From Raillietiella orientalis (lineage: Eukaryota), in contig JAYWIR010000005.1 in assembly GCA_036172245.1 (NCBI GenBank), positions 5,580,001 through 5,644,000 of the forward strand: a stretch of DNA of 64,000 nucleotides. Reading direction: 5' to 3'. A program made the position numbers and the translations under genes. The notes under the pieces are model-generated. The model was not told the origin of the DNA and did no database searches. It saw only the letters and a list, made by a program, of their open reading frames with translations. This document shows positions 50,301-62,200 of this stretch, one piece after another. Positions within the stretch are counted from its first letter, which is position 1; every line of letters begins with the position of its first letter.

Positions 50301-53300
50301 GGTCACTGAAGAAAATCGCAATCTCCAGCGCAATTTCCGCCATGAAAGTTCTCATCATCAAGGAGGCAGGGGTAACCTTTCATCCTTTTCATTTCAACAG
50401 CCTTGCGAAAGTTCCAAACCGGCTTTGACTTAGTAGCTGGTTGACTCCTAAGAGGAAACAGTTCTTGGTTAACTCATCCCTGTAGTTTCGGGCGCAATGA
50501 TGGCCATTTCTTTCCATGCAACAGTGACCAGAGCTCTGTCAGGGAAATGTGAAAGTGCTTCATTAAGAGTCTTTGACGCTTCCCCCGAATTATACGCAAT
50601 GCCAGTCATATTAGAAATGAAATCCATCCTGGGAAAGAAACCCCGTTGTTCATATTCAGTTTCCCCACATTCCATCTTCGAGATCAGTTTCAAAATTTCG
50701 AAAGAATCGTTAAGCTTTTGAACTCCAAGGGATGCCCTTGTATTATCTGCCTGTATCTGAATTTCAGTTATCTACCAACGAGTTGGATTCTGCGGTAGTA
50801 GAGACTTCTTAAAGGCATCGGAAAAACTTCTCAATTGGTCCGTTAGCTTCGACGAGTTAACACCAGGTCGTGGTGTCTTGGAGCCATTTGACAATCACCT
50901 CAGAAGTTCTCTTCCGGATGTTTTGGATTTCCAGAGGGATCAGTGCGGGGAAACCCTATGCCCAACGATGAAAAATTCCAATCCGAAATCACATGTCACG
51001 TGTAGGATGGAAATACCTCTCGTCTACATCGGCAGAGGGATGCGTGCGTCAATACCGGACCTTTTGTGCCACTGCTGACGTTCCTTCGAGGTCGAGCGGA
51101 CTTACGAATCAAGAAGTCATTTCACCATTCTGTATGGCACCAGGCGATGCGAACGCATCTCCACGCAAGCTCAAGAGTCTCTTGTGATGACCATGGACAT
51201 TTTCAATTGCGCCATTCCTTTCGGAAGGGGTGGCACCGATTTAAGGAAGCGACGCGTAAGTAATACGAGGCGGCATTTAGAAGTCATTCCTGCGGTGGCT
51301 GAATCATGCAGCAATTACATTTCGATGACAAGCAAAGAGGAAAGTGAAGAAGACTGCTGAACAGGAAAACAGGCCACGTCAGAAACCTACGGTAAGCTCG
51401 CTTTCCCGTTCAGGAGGAAGCGCTCTTGATCTCCTTGGTTCGGCCATTTCGTGTATTTCTTTTGGAAACACCACGCAAGCTTTGATAGAGATGGATAGAG
51501 ACGCTTTTCCAAACCTATATGGGTCTTCTCTACTAACACTACAGCCTTTCCTCTGTTCGAATACATGCCAACTATGGAATCTTCAAATCTTCAATATCTT
51601 ATTCAACTAATTCGACCAATGATCATTTGATGGAACATGCTGAAGAATCAACAGAACCTACAGTTTCAAGTCCTGCTACTGAAGTCCAGTTAGAGTCTGA
51701 GACTGTTTACTAGGGGTCTTGCTCGTGCTCTTCTACTTGCTCTGTTGCTCTGCTGCCTGGTATTGTAGATCAAGAGCCAGTGAATGTCTTCTCCTCTGCT
51801 ATTCTCCTCTTGTGCTCTCTTTCCAGTCTCCACACACAAATCAGCCTTCCAGCTTGTTTGTTGATGGTTTTCTTCTTCATATGCCATTTGGAAAGAGATG
51901 GTTGTGGATGCTTTACCAGAGAATTCCACTTTTGGCTCTCTGTATCTCCTTTCTTCGAACAGAGAATTACAAGACCTCATTAGCTGCCATGGCGTTTTGA
52001 AAATAAGGTGCTATCACCACTGCTATTGTGTCAAGATGTCTGCAACACTGTTTACCTGATATGTGTCAGCTGGGTATCTTCCATTTGTTCGCTAGCTAGA
52101 ATTTCCTTTCTAGCCACGGTGTTTTTAGCACGGTCATGCCTACAGCTAAAGGCGAAGCTTCATTCCTTTCAAATGATGTCCAAAGTGTGCCACCATTAGA
52201 TTGCAATGATCAAGCAAAGGCTAAAAAATCAATGACGCAGCTTCATAACTTGCGAGCTAAGGGAGAAGAAGGAAAGAAAAATCCTAAAGTATTACGGCGG
52301 TTATTTTGAAAACAATGTTTTTTTTCTTTTATCATTGCTTTTTGAGATTTCATTTTCATTTCGCTACTAGCCTCAAATTAGTGGCATCGTTTCCATAAGT
52401 CTGCCTCATTTTGGTCCAAAGACACTGTTAAATGAGATTAGCCATCCAATGTCAGGCGCCCTAGATCATTAAAAAAAAACTCTTAAGTGTTCACTGTAGC
52501 ATCAATGAAAGTATGGTTCCTGCATAACCAATTTGTTTTATGGTGATCTAGGAAGTGGAAATATCTTTCCAAAATGGGGGTTGCGTGGGCGGCCGCGAAA
52601 AGAAATGCAACCCAAAGTTTGTGTCTGCACAGTAATCGATCTAAGTGTCCAGAACTCTATAAAGTTTACGCTTGGACATCAGATGGAAATTCATGCTCAG
52701 ATTTCATTTTCAAAACATACCAGGACTTTGAGCCGACGCATGCTGCTTCGATCATCACGCTGGTTCATTGTTGCATCATCAAGTGCATTGTTGACATCGG
52801 GTGGTTGCTTTGGTGCCGCCGGGCTCATCGCCTTGGCGTTCGGTCGCCATGTTGGAGTATTCTTAGTCGTTAAGGTCGTTCTATTGTTAGGTCATTAAGC
52901 TTCATTATTGCTACGATACTGCTAGGGTAGTTATGGTTACCGAGTCGCGTACTACGCTCGCAAGCTCCCTGTGAGATTAAAGATACCTTACGCGCTGTTT
53001 CGAACATGAACTGCCGTATTCGATCTTCTGTGTTTCGAAACGCTTCCCTTTTTCGTTCATGCTTTTTGCTCTCAGCCACTGAGCCGGTTTTTACGAATTG
53101 CACGCGAAATCTTCATTCTTTAAGAAATGGTTACGCTAAATGGGGAAATAGAACAATGGAATCCATATGCTCTTTACACCCAAAATAATGATGCTTGTGA
53201 TTTCCTTCAAGTGGAAAAGCACATCTCTCGAAGTGCCTTTATTTCTTTTGAGATCCTTTATGTTGTTATTCATGGGAAATGTCATGATAACCTGAATCCG

Positions 53301-55523
53301 AATTCCAGCAAAATTCGACTTTTGATCTCTGCTCCCCAATGCTTGGGGTACGAGGATCTGATTTCTCATTCAAGTGACATGTTATTTGATATTCTTACCT
53401 ACTTACGAATTGAAGGGTAAAACGAAAGATGTCTCCTGAAAAACGATGACCTCAATCTTTGGAGCTGCTTGTTTAGGAGGGGAAAAAAAACCCCCAGAGA
53501 ACTAGAGAAGCAGGCCATTGAGGAGGCAACCAAAATCGCATAAAATACAAATCTCATCTTGGAGATCGAGTTGCCAGTGTGTGCTTGGCATACGAAAACA
53601 GCTTACTGAAGCTAATTTCCGAATACCTCACCCGTTCTTAAATCTCTCACTGAGTCGTGTTTCTTCGTTTTGATTACCAAGCACAAGTTTAAGTTCGCAG
53701 GAAACTTCAAACACAAAGGAAGCAGCTGCCAAGCACCGGGTAACAATTATGAATGTTAGGGACTCGAACCTTAGGAAGAGTTGCAGTTGATACAGAGTAA
53801 GCACTACTCACAAAGCTATTAGTCCAATTATCGGTTCCCACGTTTCTTCGCCTTTTCAAATCAGCGTCTTCTGGAAATCACGGCAGCTGAGTTTCGGTTC
53901 ATTCCTTTGACCTAAGCCCACAAAAATATCAACCGCTTCTCTGTTGAGGGGATGACAGCGATGGATTGGCGTTTATGCAGCATTTGTGATCGAAGGTACT
54001 TCAACATATGTGGAATTCATGGATGGGGCGAACGAGAAAGTAAAGGTAGTGTTGCTGGTCGGAAAGCTGGCCAAGTCGAACGCAAACTGCCGTTGGGTTT
54101 TTTTTTCGTGCAGAGTTCGGGAACACGGAATCTTCATTCTGTAGAAGCCCTGCAGCACCAGGCTTTTGTGTCGGTATTGGTCCTCAAATTTTGTGCAAGT
54201 GGCCTTTAATTTCCTGGATTTGTTCTAAACTTGCTATCATTTCCAGCCCGTACTTTTGCTACATGGCGCCTTAATTGCTGGGGTGAAAGAAAGGTCAAAT
54301 GGAAAAGTGGAAAAATTGACATCAAAATACTTTAGGGATGAAAGGAAGTGGGGTTTGAAGAGCCATGGATCCAACCAAGTTCGATGCCCAAGACACAGAG
54401 GTTTCCTCGTCTTCAGAATCAATCGTTGTGAAAAGAAAGGCGACTCAATTTCCACCCAAGCTCATGTCCATCCGCATGGATGGACGTCGAGCAAAATAGA
54501 TGCTCTGATTTATTGTTTCTTGTGTCTGAAAAACCAATGTTGCATTTATCATCTGACTTGATTTCTCTTGCAAATGATATGATAATTTATGCAGTGGATG
54601 CGTACATAGAGGTAACGGTCTGGAACACAAGGCTCTGCTGTAATTGAGGAGACCTCTCTGCCTTCGGGCTACAGATGCGCTTTTCGTTCTGAGGTTTGCC
54701 TGTAGAAGATTGATTTACATTTTGCCTACAACAACTCTAGGGAGACTCAGACGAATTAAACAGAATAACAACAAAGGTATCCACGAACGATAAGCAGATG
54801 CAAGGATTTGCTTTGCTTGGGTTTCTGTTTCAACAGAAACTTCGGTTTCAAAGAACATTAAGTAAAAAAAAAAAAAAAAAATCATTCCTCCCTCTGCATA
54901 AGTGCATGCAGCTGTTTTCTTTTGGAGTGAAAATCCATTTGCCACCTTTGACTTCCTTGCACGCGAACCTTGAGGAAGAAGCAATTCAATTCTGTAGAAG
55001 ATGCGACTTGCCTACCTGGGAAACCCTGGCTTCGTAGACAGCAGAGCTCGTCCTTCTCAGTTGTGCTGAGGAGACCCACAACCAGGCGAACGGTTCGGAC
55101 ATGTGCTGCTTCGGCGCGATTTTAGCGACTGAGAGGTTGGTTGCGGTTCAAGGAGAGTGAAGAAGGCACATGGCACAATCCAGGACAGACTGCAGGGGTG
55201 ACTGATGTTCAGGACGTTCATTTTAGAAAGACTCCATTTCTAACCCATATGTTTGCATCGTGTAGCTTTTCTCATGTCCTTGTATATTGTATCCAGGAAC
55301 CCGTCACTTTCTCAAGACGTCGCGTTCTGTTCAAGCAGTCAGAGACCTTGTTCCTTCCTACTTGAGCTCGACCCCGACACTTACTGATCCAGGAGGGGGA
55401 CCCGATCATTCCCTACTGTGTTCACATCTCAGATCGCTTTACCTAAGCACAATACACCTTCCTCTCCTCACTACTAAGAAACAGAAGCAGCAAGCCATCA
55501 TCATGCTCTCTAACGATGGATGT

Positions 55524-55723
55524 CCTTCAACGTTGTAAGTTGACTGAGGCCAATGGTAGTTCGAGGAATGTGATGCTTAGGAATGTTTATAGAGGGCTGT
55601 TTAAGCAAACACATCGTCCCTCTGAGAAAAAAACATACGAACAGTTTGCAAAAAAGACGCAGGGTAAACGAAGGAGTACATGAAGAATGGCTTAAACAGC
55701 TTCACCATTCACTTTGATGGAAC
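55524..55723. repeat. 200-bp direct repeat, copy 1 (at the element's 3' end)
   Basis: ccttcaacgttgtaagttgactgagg...cattcacttt(g/a)atggaac aligns without gaps to 59040-59239 with 7 substitutions; similarity stops sharply on both sides. Confidence 0.97.
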
Positions 55724-55808
55724 TTATTTAGCATTTTGGATTAATACAAAAATTGCTGCTGGGATGGCTCTGGAGCATCTTTCGCGAATGATGTTTCCTC
55801 CGTGTTCT

Positions 55809-56520
55809 TCACGGTTTCTCGGTGCTCTCTTCCGGGCTGAGAGCATTGTCCAGGTCATCTGGTTGGGCTGCAACCTTTTTCCTTCTGACCTGTGCTGCAT
55901 AGATGCTACTTGAGAAGCGGATCCAGGTGGCTACCATCCGCTGTCGTAGCCTGATCGGCTTCTTCTTCGGAATTCCTAGGTATTGTAGAACGTTGTCGTT
56001 TTCAGGATCCCATGCTCCAGGCGAGCCGACGATGATCGCCTGCACTTTGGTTATTTTCCCAGTGTTTCCGAGTTGCATGGGGACATCATGGTATTTGGCC
56101 TCCTTTGTTTTCCTCTATGTGGTGAACGCCTCCTTTCCGTTTTCAAATGGGCAGGAGATGTCCAGCACACCTATTCGATCGCTTTTCTCTAAAACCAGGT
56201 CTGGTTTTAGGGTGGAGGTGGTTCCTGGCACTCTGCGATTACTTGATACCAGAGTCCACTTGGCTTCATCCGTTGCGGCCTTCTTGATCATTTCCAGGAT
56301 AGCATCATGGCGCTGCATCGTCAGAGGCGCGTGCTTTTTGCATCTGTTGAGCACGTGTGATAAAGTCTCGTCCTCTGTTCCGCAACGCCGACATATGAAC
56401 GTTGTCATGGACCTTCTTCGATTTAGTGGCAGAAGGTTCAGTCTTGCCGCATGGATGAAGCTGTAGTCTCGGTATCTTAGGTGGATTCCGTTTGTCTGGA
56501 AGAAGCTTGAAGAGTGATGC
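55809..56520 (-). pseudogene. CCHC zinc knuckle and PD-(D/E)xK restriction-like endonuclease domain, disrupted
   Basis: CRRCGTEDETLSHVLNRC, RHDAILEMI, LKPDLVLEK...VLDISCPFENG, an in-frame stop at 56115-56117, then RKTKEAKY...AIIVGSPGAWDPEND to the stop at 55809. Confidence 0.9.
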
Positions 56521-57239
56521 ACGACCTTCCACACACTGCATGGCCTTCCCTTGACTAACGTGGTTTTCAATGAGGGATTGCCATGCGTGTTCTCGCTGCA
56601 ATGCTCTTACGCCGGAGGCGAGCCGTCTTCTTGCACTGCTGGTGAAGAGTGTTCCGTCCACCGTGGTACTGGGTTCTCCTTGTCGAAACTCCCAGAGGGC
56701 TTCTGTTCTTCTAGAGGTCTCCCTGCCTTTCGACCAGAGGCTCTCAATATCCCATCCGGGCTTTGTGATCTTCTTGTCCGTCGTGAATTCCCCGAGATTC
56801 TCATCTGTCGGGGCTTTTTGTATCCGTGTTTGGACGATTTCATGCAGGGTTGTTTTTGCAAGTTCACTTACTGCTTTGTCTGCCGACGTAAGTAGTTTGA
56901 AGCAGCTGTCCACGATGAAGGTATCGGACTCTTCAGCTAGCTTCATTAGTCCTCTCCTATCGGACTCTTCTTCATTAGTCCTAGGCAGCCTTTCGTTCTG
57001 TCTCCGTACAGATACTCGTTTGCTACCCAGGATGGTAGGTGAAGGGCCTTCTTCAACTTCTTCCTTAGCTGCTCGTCGACATACTGCCATTCCTCCTTCC
57101 GGTGAGCTATCAGCCTCTCGTAATGAACCAGGCTGGGATCGAAGAAGGTTTTCATTGCGTCCATCTTCTGCCATCCTGAGAGTTGACTCTCAAGTATGGC
57201 TTTCACTTTCTGGCAGATGTCTTCCCTAGTCAGTTGTAT

Positions 57240-58394
57240 GTTGAAGACCCTCATACCGAAGGGTTTTCCCAAGTATTTGTATGCCTGTGATAAGGCAATA
57301 CAAGGGATTTTCCCTTCCTTAACCCGGATGTCCACGTCTCTTATGCCTTTGGGGGTTCGGCCGCTGTAGCATATCGAGGCTCATTTTGCCGGGTTAATGG
57401 ATAGGCCGGCTTGGTCGACTAACCTCTGGAAATGCGCATCATTTGCTGGACTTTCTTTTCGTCCTTCCCCCCTATGACGATGTCGTCTGCATAGGCTAAT
57501 GTTGCCTCGTCCCCGTAGTTCTGCCTCATCGAGCGCAGAATCGGCTCAATCGATATAATAAAAAGGAGTGAGCTTAAGGGACATCCCTGCCTCACTCCGT
57601 GCCGCACGGAGAAGGTCCTAGTTTCTGTGTTTTCCAGTTGAACAACTTCCTGTGTTTATCTCTTGAACGATATTTATTATTTCTTCCCCTGCCCCTGCTT
57701 CATTCAGTGCTCCCATGATAGTGTCATGGGAGACTGTGCCGAAGGCATTCACGAAGTCGATAAATACCGTGCAGAAGTCCTTTGACAAACGACGTGCAGC
57801 ATCTAATCTTATTTGTAGGATGAAGTTTTGTTCAAGCACTCCATCAAAGGGCAGGAAGCCCTTCTGTTGGGTGCCAATAACTTCATTCTCCAGAATCCAT
57901 CTTCTGAGTCGAGAGGCCAAGTATTTGGCATATAGCCTGTAGGCACTGTTGCCAATGGATATTAGCCTCCAGTTGGAGATGTCATCTGCTGCTGCGGGTT
58001 TTTTTGCTATGAGTACCGTTCTGGTACACTTCCGCTCTTCTGGAATCCGATGAAACCTTTTTAAAATATTGAAAATTATTGTGAGCATTTCGGCATGTGG
58101 ATCAATGCTCTTCCACCCGGCGTACGTGATTCCATCTTCTCCGGGAGATGAGTTCTCCGCATTGCTCAGTATCGCCTCTACCTCCTCTTGGGCGAATGGA
58201 GATAGGTCTACCGGGGATGTTGCTTGGGTTCTTTCCAGCAGTATCTTCTTGGGAAGCTCTTTGTCAGCTTCCTGTTTCATTTCAAGTTCATTTCGAAAAT
58301 GCCTTTCAACTTTCTCAACTTCTAACTTACAGGTCGCGTCCTGCTGGCCTAAAATCGCTCTAAATGCTCTTCTTCTATTGACGTTATAAAGCTT
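57240..58394 (-). pseudogene. Reverse transcriptase domain of the non-LTR element, disrupted
   Basis: RT motifs are split over ORFs 57618..58280, 57419..57607 and 56946..57335. There are frameshifts near 57620 and 57420, a TGA replacing the Cys of NPAKC, and eroded motifs (IPEERK for typical P..WK, NWRLIS for NWRPIS). Confidence 0.92.
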
Positions 58395-59039
58395 TCAGAT
58401 TGACGATCTGTTGTTCGGGTCAATCCTTAGTTTCTTCCCGCCTTTCCTCTCTGTTTTTACTTTAAGTATTTCCTGGATTTTGAGTTTCACCTTTTGATGT
58501 ATCAGAAGGAAGTCCTCCCAGAGAGGGCTTTCTTCTTCCAGGATACTTTGGAGATAGCTTTTCTCCTCTACGAGCTTGGAGGCGTAGTTCGCCCTCCATG
58601 TCCACTTTCCTTTTTTGCCTTTCGGTTTCCATATCTTCTGTAAGGCTTCCATTTTACTCGTTCCTTCTGTAGGTTTTTCATGAGCAACTGTGGCTGAAGG
58701 AGAGGAGACGAGTGGTCTAGGAGGAGAGGAGAATCACACCATACTTTGTAATCAATGGGAGAGGGTTGCAATTGCTTCTTTTCGGTGTTTTCATTCATCC
58801 GATCTTTAATCAGAGGGCCTATAAATGCTTCCAAGTTGCCAAACAGCCCTCCTTCGTCTCCTTCCTCCAAGGGGGGCATCTCGGATAATGATCTCACCGA
58901 GATATCATCTTGTTTCTTTGCTCCCTCAGCATTCCTTTTCTGTTTTTGTTCTCCAAGTGTATCAGAGGCAGGAGCTTCCGTCTGCACCATGCTTCCTCCG
59001 CTGGCAGGTTGCCGCCTCCCAGCTCGTTCATACCAGCAA

Positions 59040-59239
59040 CCTTCAACGTTGTAAGTTGACTGAGGGCAATGGTAGTTCGAGGAATTTGATGCTTAGGAAT
59101 GTTTATAGAGGACTGCTTAAGCAAACATATCGTCCCTCTGAGAAAAAAACATACGAACAGTTTGCAAAAGAGACGCAGGGTAAACGAAGGAGTACATGAA
59201 GAATGGCTTAAACAGCTTCACCATTCACTTTAATGGAAC
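59040..59239. repeat. 200-bp direct repeat, copy 2 (at the element's 5' end)
   Basis: 193/200 identical to 55524-55723 by manual alignment. Confidence 0.97.
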
Positions 59240-62200
59240 GGAAAGGGAATAGTGGTTTCCGTGAGGCCATCATGGAGCCTGACCGTTCAAGTCTACTGCT
59301 GCAAGTAGGAAAGCTGAAGTGCAGGGCATGTGAAGCGCATCACGAAAGAACGAGTGGTTGTTGGTGAAGAAAGTTTCTTCTCTCACGCAGATGTCTGACG
59401 AATGAAAGACCGTTGCGAATATCATTTTTTCCCCATGTTCAGAAGAATACACAAGAGTGGAAATTTTGTAGCTTTTACTGCACAATCCGTTACCAAGGTG
59501 CTCTTTAGGACCGTGAGCTTAACAAGCGTCGCCCACTCCCTGGAATGATGTTTATACCGCTTTTCCGGACAGAAGGCCACTGATTCGAGGTTTATGACAA
59601 CATCGGGAATGACTGCACATTTCTTTGGGGAATGCGAAACGGAGGTCAGCGGTACACCGATTCCATCTTCACTTCCTGGTTCCATTCGGAACTTGTTTTC
59701 CAGGCGGTCCGCAATGGAGGCAGCAGTCATGCATTTCAGTTCGACCGCTCGCTTGTTTTGGAGCTCACTCGTGACTTCAACTTTCTTCTGAAAAAGAATT
59801 CAGCCATTTATAGATTTATTCCTGAAAAAAAGCAAAGAAAAGAAAGAAAGAACAAAAGAGGAACAGTTATCTCGAAATTCCCCGAGCAAGAATAGTCCTT
59901 CATTTTGGTTCCTTACGTGCTAAATTGCATGACACTGATACTCGCAAGGTCCTTCGGTCTGAAAGGAATTCGCCTTGTGGTTCGAACGGAACGCAAACAT
60001 CTATGACGCAAGGAAGTAAATCCCGAGGGAAAAGCATACAAGCAGGCCGTCTGAGAAGGTTTCCTGTGTGCTGTCGGAGATGCTGTGCTCTTGCCAGGAG
60101 TTCACTCCCTTGACGGAGATTTTGTTCTGCTCCTCTACTGTTTACTCCCTTTTTTTTTTTTTTTTTCCAAGTGATGCTTTTCTTTCGTTCTTTCCTTTTT
60201 TTCCAAAAAAGAAAGCCGAGAGCCGATCTCCGAACTATCAAGCCGCAAATAGCGGAGCTCAACTTGGAACCATTCATTGTGACAGTAAAAGTAATTGACA
60301 TTTATCCGACTTCAGCGTGCTTATAGCTCATTTAAAAAGCAGGGGGGAAGAAAGCACGGTACCCTCTGATGTATCGCAGGCGTGAGGTGATAGGAAGGCT
60401 CGGAAGTTTGAATCCCTACACACACCAGCGATGAAATGGACAGGGAAGAACAATCGAACCCTTCTCGTCTGGAAATGGTGCATGTCGCTCCTTGTCGATT
60501 TGTTCCGAATGACCGCAGGATGATTCGGTACCGATTGTGAGCGATCAGCAAGGAATGCTGGTGTCCACTGTCCCATGGTTTCTTCTACCACCGCATGAAG
60601 TCGCAAAGCGGGTGCTTCTGCCTTATGTTTGTTGCGGAACTCAAGATGACCTGCTTTTTTTGTGGATCACTAGTGCGCTGCGCTTCCAGGTGGAAGCTCC
60701 ACTTGAGGAAGGCACACACAAAGCAGGGAAGCTGCTGCATCTTCCTAGAGTGTGGCCATCTGATTCTAGCTACTGTGCCTTTCGGACGAACTTCACGAAA
60801 CCTTTCTTTGCAGCACTGTTCGTTGTGTTTCCATGCGGAGGCAAGGACAACGGAATGGATACGAAATCTGGAAAGAGCAAGGGGGGAGACCGGCTTCAGA
60901 AGAATGGACTGCATATTTTTCTCCCAAAAAGGCGAGACCTTTTGGACTTTTTGGCTTCTGAGAGTACGTGACGGAGAACCACTCCGATTTGACCTTCTTC
61001 CTTAAAACGTTCCGGCGGAGCCCCTTCTCTTCTCCATTTCCTTAAATTTCTCAAATCCCCGTATACCTGGTCCCTTGAACGACAATCGGCTCGGTTCCAA
61101 GGAGGAGGGTCCCTCCTCTTTTCTCAAAATCACTTTCTCACCCGCATCCCTTTGGGTATGTCGCACATCTTCCTCTAGAAGATGTGCGACATGCAACATG
61201 TGCTACTTCCTGGTGCTACAATCTATGCTAGGAAAGGAAAATAATGCTTCATCTACTTCGGCATGTCTCATCGGTAGCAGGAGGGACGGGGATGGACGAC
61301 AGAGGAGATGCGTGTGAACGAAAACGTGCTCCAAGAGCTACCGCCTAGTTCCTTCCTACTGAGCTTCCCAGTTCGACGGCTTTTCTGCCTTCTTGTGTGC
61401 GATTCCTAGGAGCAACATTTCTTGCTGACAACAAATTCCACAACAGACGACAGTTCTTGTTCAAATCAAAACAACGTCTCAAGAAAGTCGTGACGAGGGA
61501 GGATGCATAAAGTGTTTCCCTCGGAACACTGGACGCAGGCACTGTACCAGAATCCAAGCGAACACCACATGATAAAAGCAAATACAAAGGAGTGGAATGT
61601 GGGTGGAAAAGTCGCATTCAGTGCCACTGCTTCACTGCCGTGTGTGTGTGGCACGGGTGCAACTTTTCCAACGACAAATTCAAACAAACAAGTTATCCTC
61701 AGCATCCTGGGATTTCCTATTGCACTTTCATAGAAGATTTCCCATGACAAATTCAAAATTTCCCAGCGCAGCAGTCTTCCAGGGGGACTCACGGAAGTCC
61801 ACCAAGCACAACGGGGGAGTACAAGAAGTTTCCCCAGGTGTTCACACTTAGCAACTGCACCAAATGCAGGCGCTAGTTGTTAAGCGAGGGGTGACCTATC
61901 CAGCTGACCCGATCAGGATTCTGATCCTCTTAAAGTTAGTGGACAGTTCCATGGACACAGCCTGAATGATGAGAAGTGTACAGAGCACAAATATTCACGT
62001 CTTTTCTTTGTTTTAAAAGATGACCCATGGCTATTCTTTTCTTTTTGTTAACTTGCAGCTCAAAGCTCTTTCTTTCTTCAGTATCGAGAGCAGAAAAGAG
62101 CGACGAATTAGTGGATGTGAGGAGAGAGGTCATCGTGAATCCTCGAGTGTTTTAAATGCCTTCCTTCTAGCAATGCGAAACTCTGCCAACGGCTGCTCAA

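Larger units (their letters stand above)
55724..59039 (-). mobile_element. Decayed non-LTR retrotransposon with RT and C-terminal restriction-like endonuclease (R2-group; NeSL/Utopia-like), probably 5'-truncated
   Basis: Ordered minus-strand fragments: pre-RT NRRRAFRAIL, SPGEDGITY, NWRLIS, QKGFLPFDGVLEQNF, IDFVNAFGTVSH, GVRQGCPLS, YADD (57493-57482), YKYLG, HAARLNLLPLN, CxxC...H....C knuckle (56393-56340), RHDAI, KPDLV...LDISCPFE, IIVGSPGAW. Short 3' UTR ending ...CTAAATAA. Bounded by 200-bp direct repeats. Confidence 0.93.

Noticed and set aside
51690..52850. Possible minus-strand exon (MSPAAPKQPP...LKVL|GTATGT) and coding-like decay downstream
   Set aside because: No recognisable family, multiple stops, and it could not be linked into a gene or TE model.
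55524..59239. LTR retrotransposon interpretation of the direct repeats
   Set aside because: The repeats lack TG...CA ends, no PBS or PPT is evident, there is no gag, protease or integrase, and the RT and endonuclease are non-LTR RLE type.
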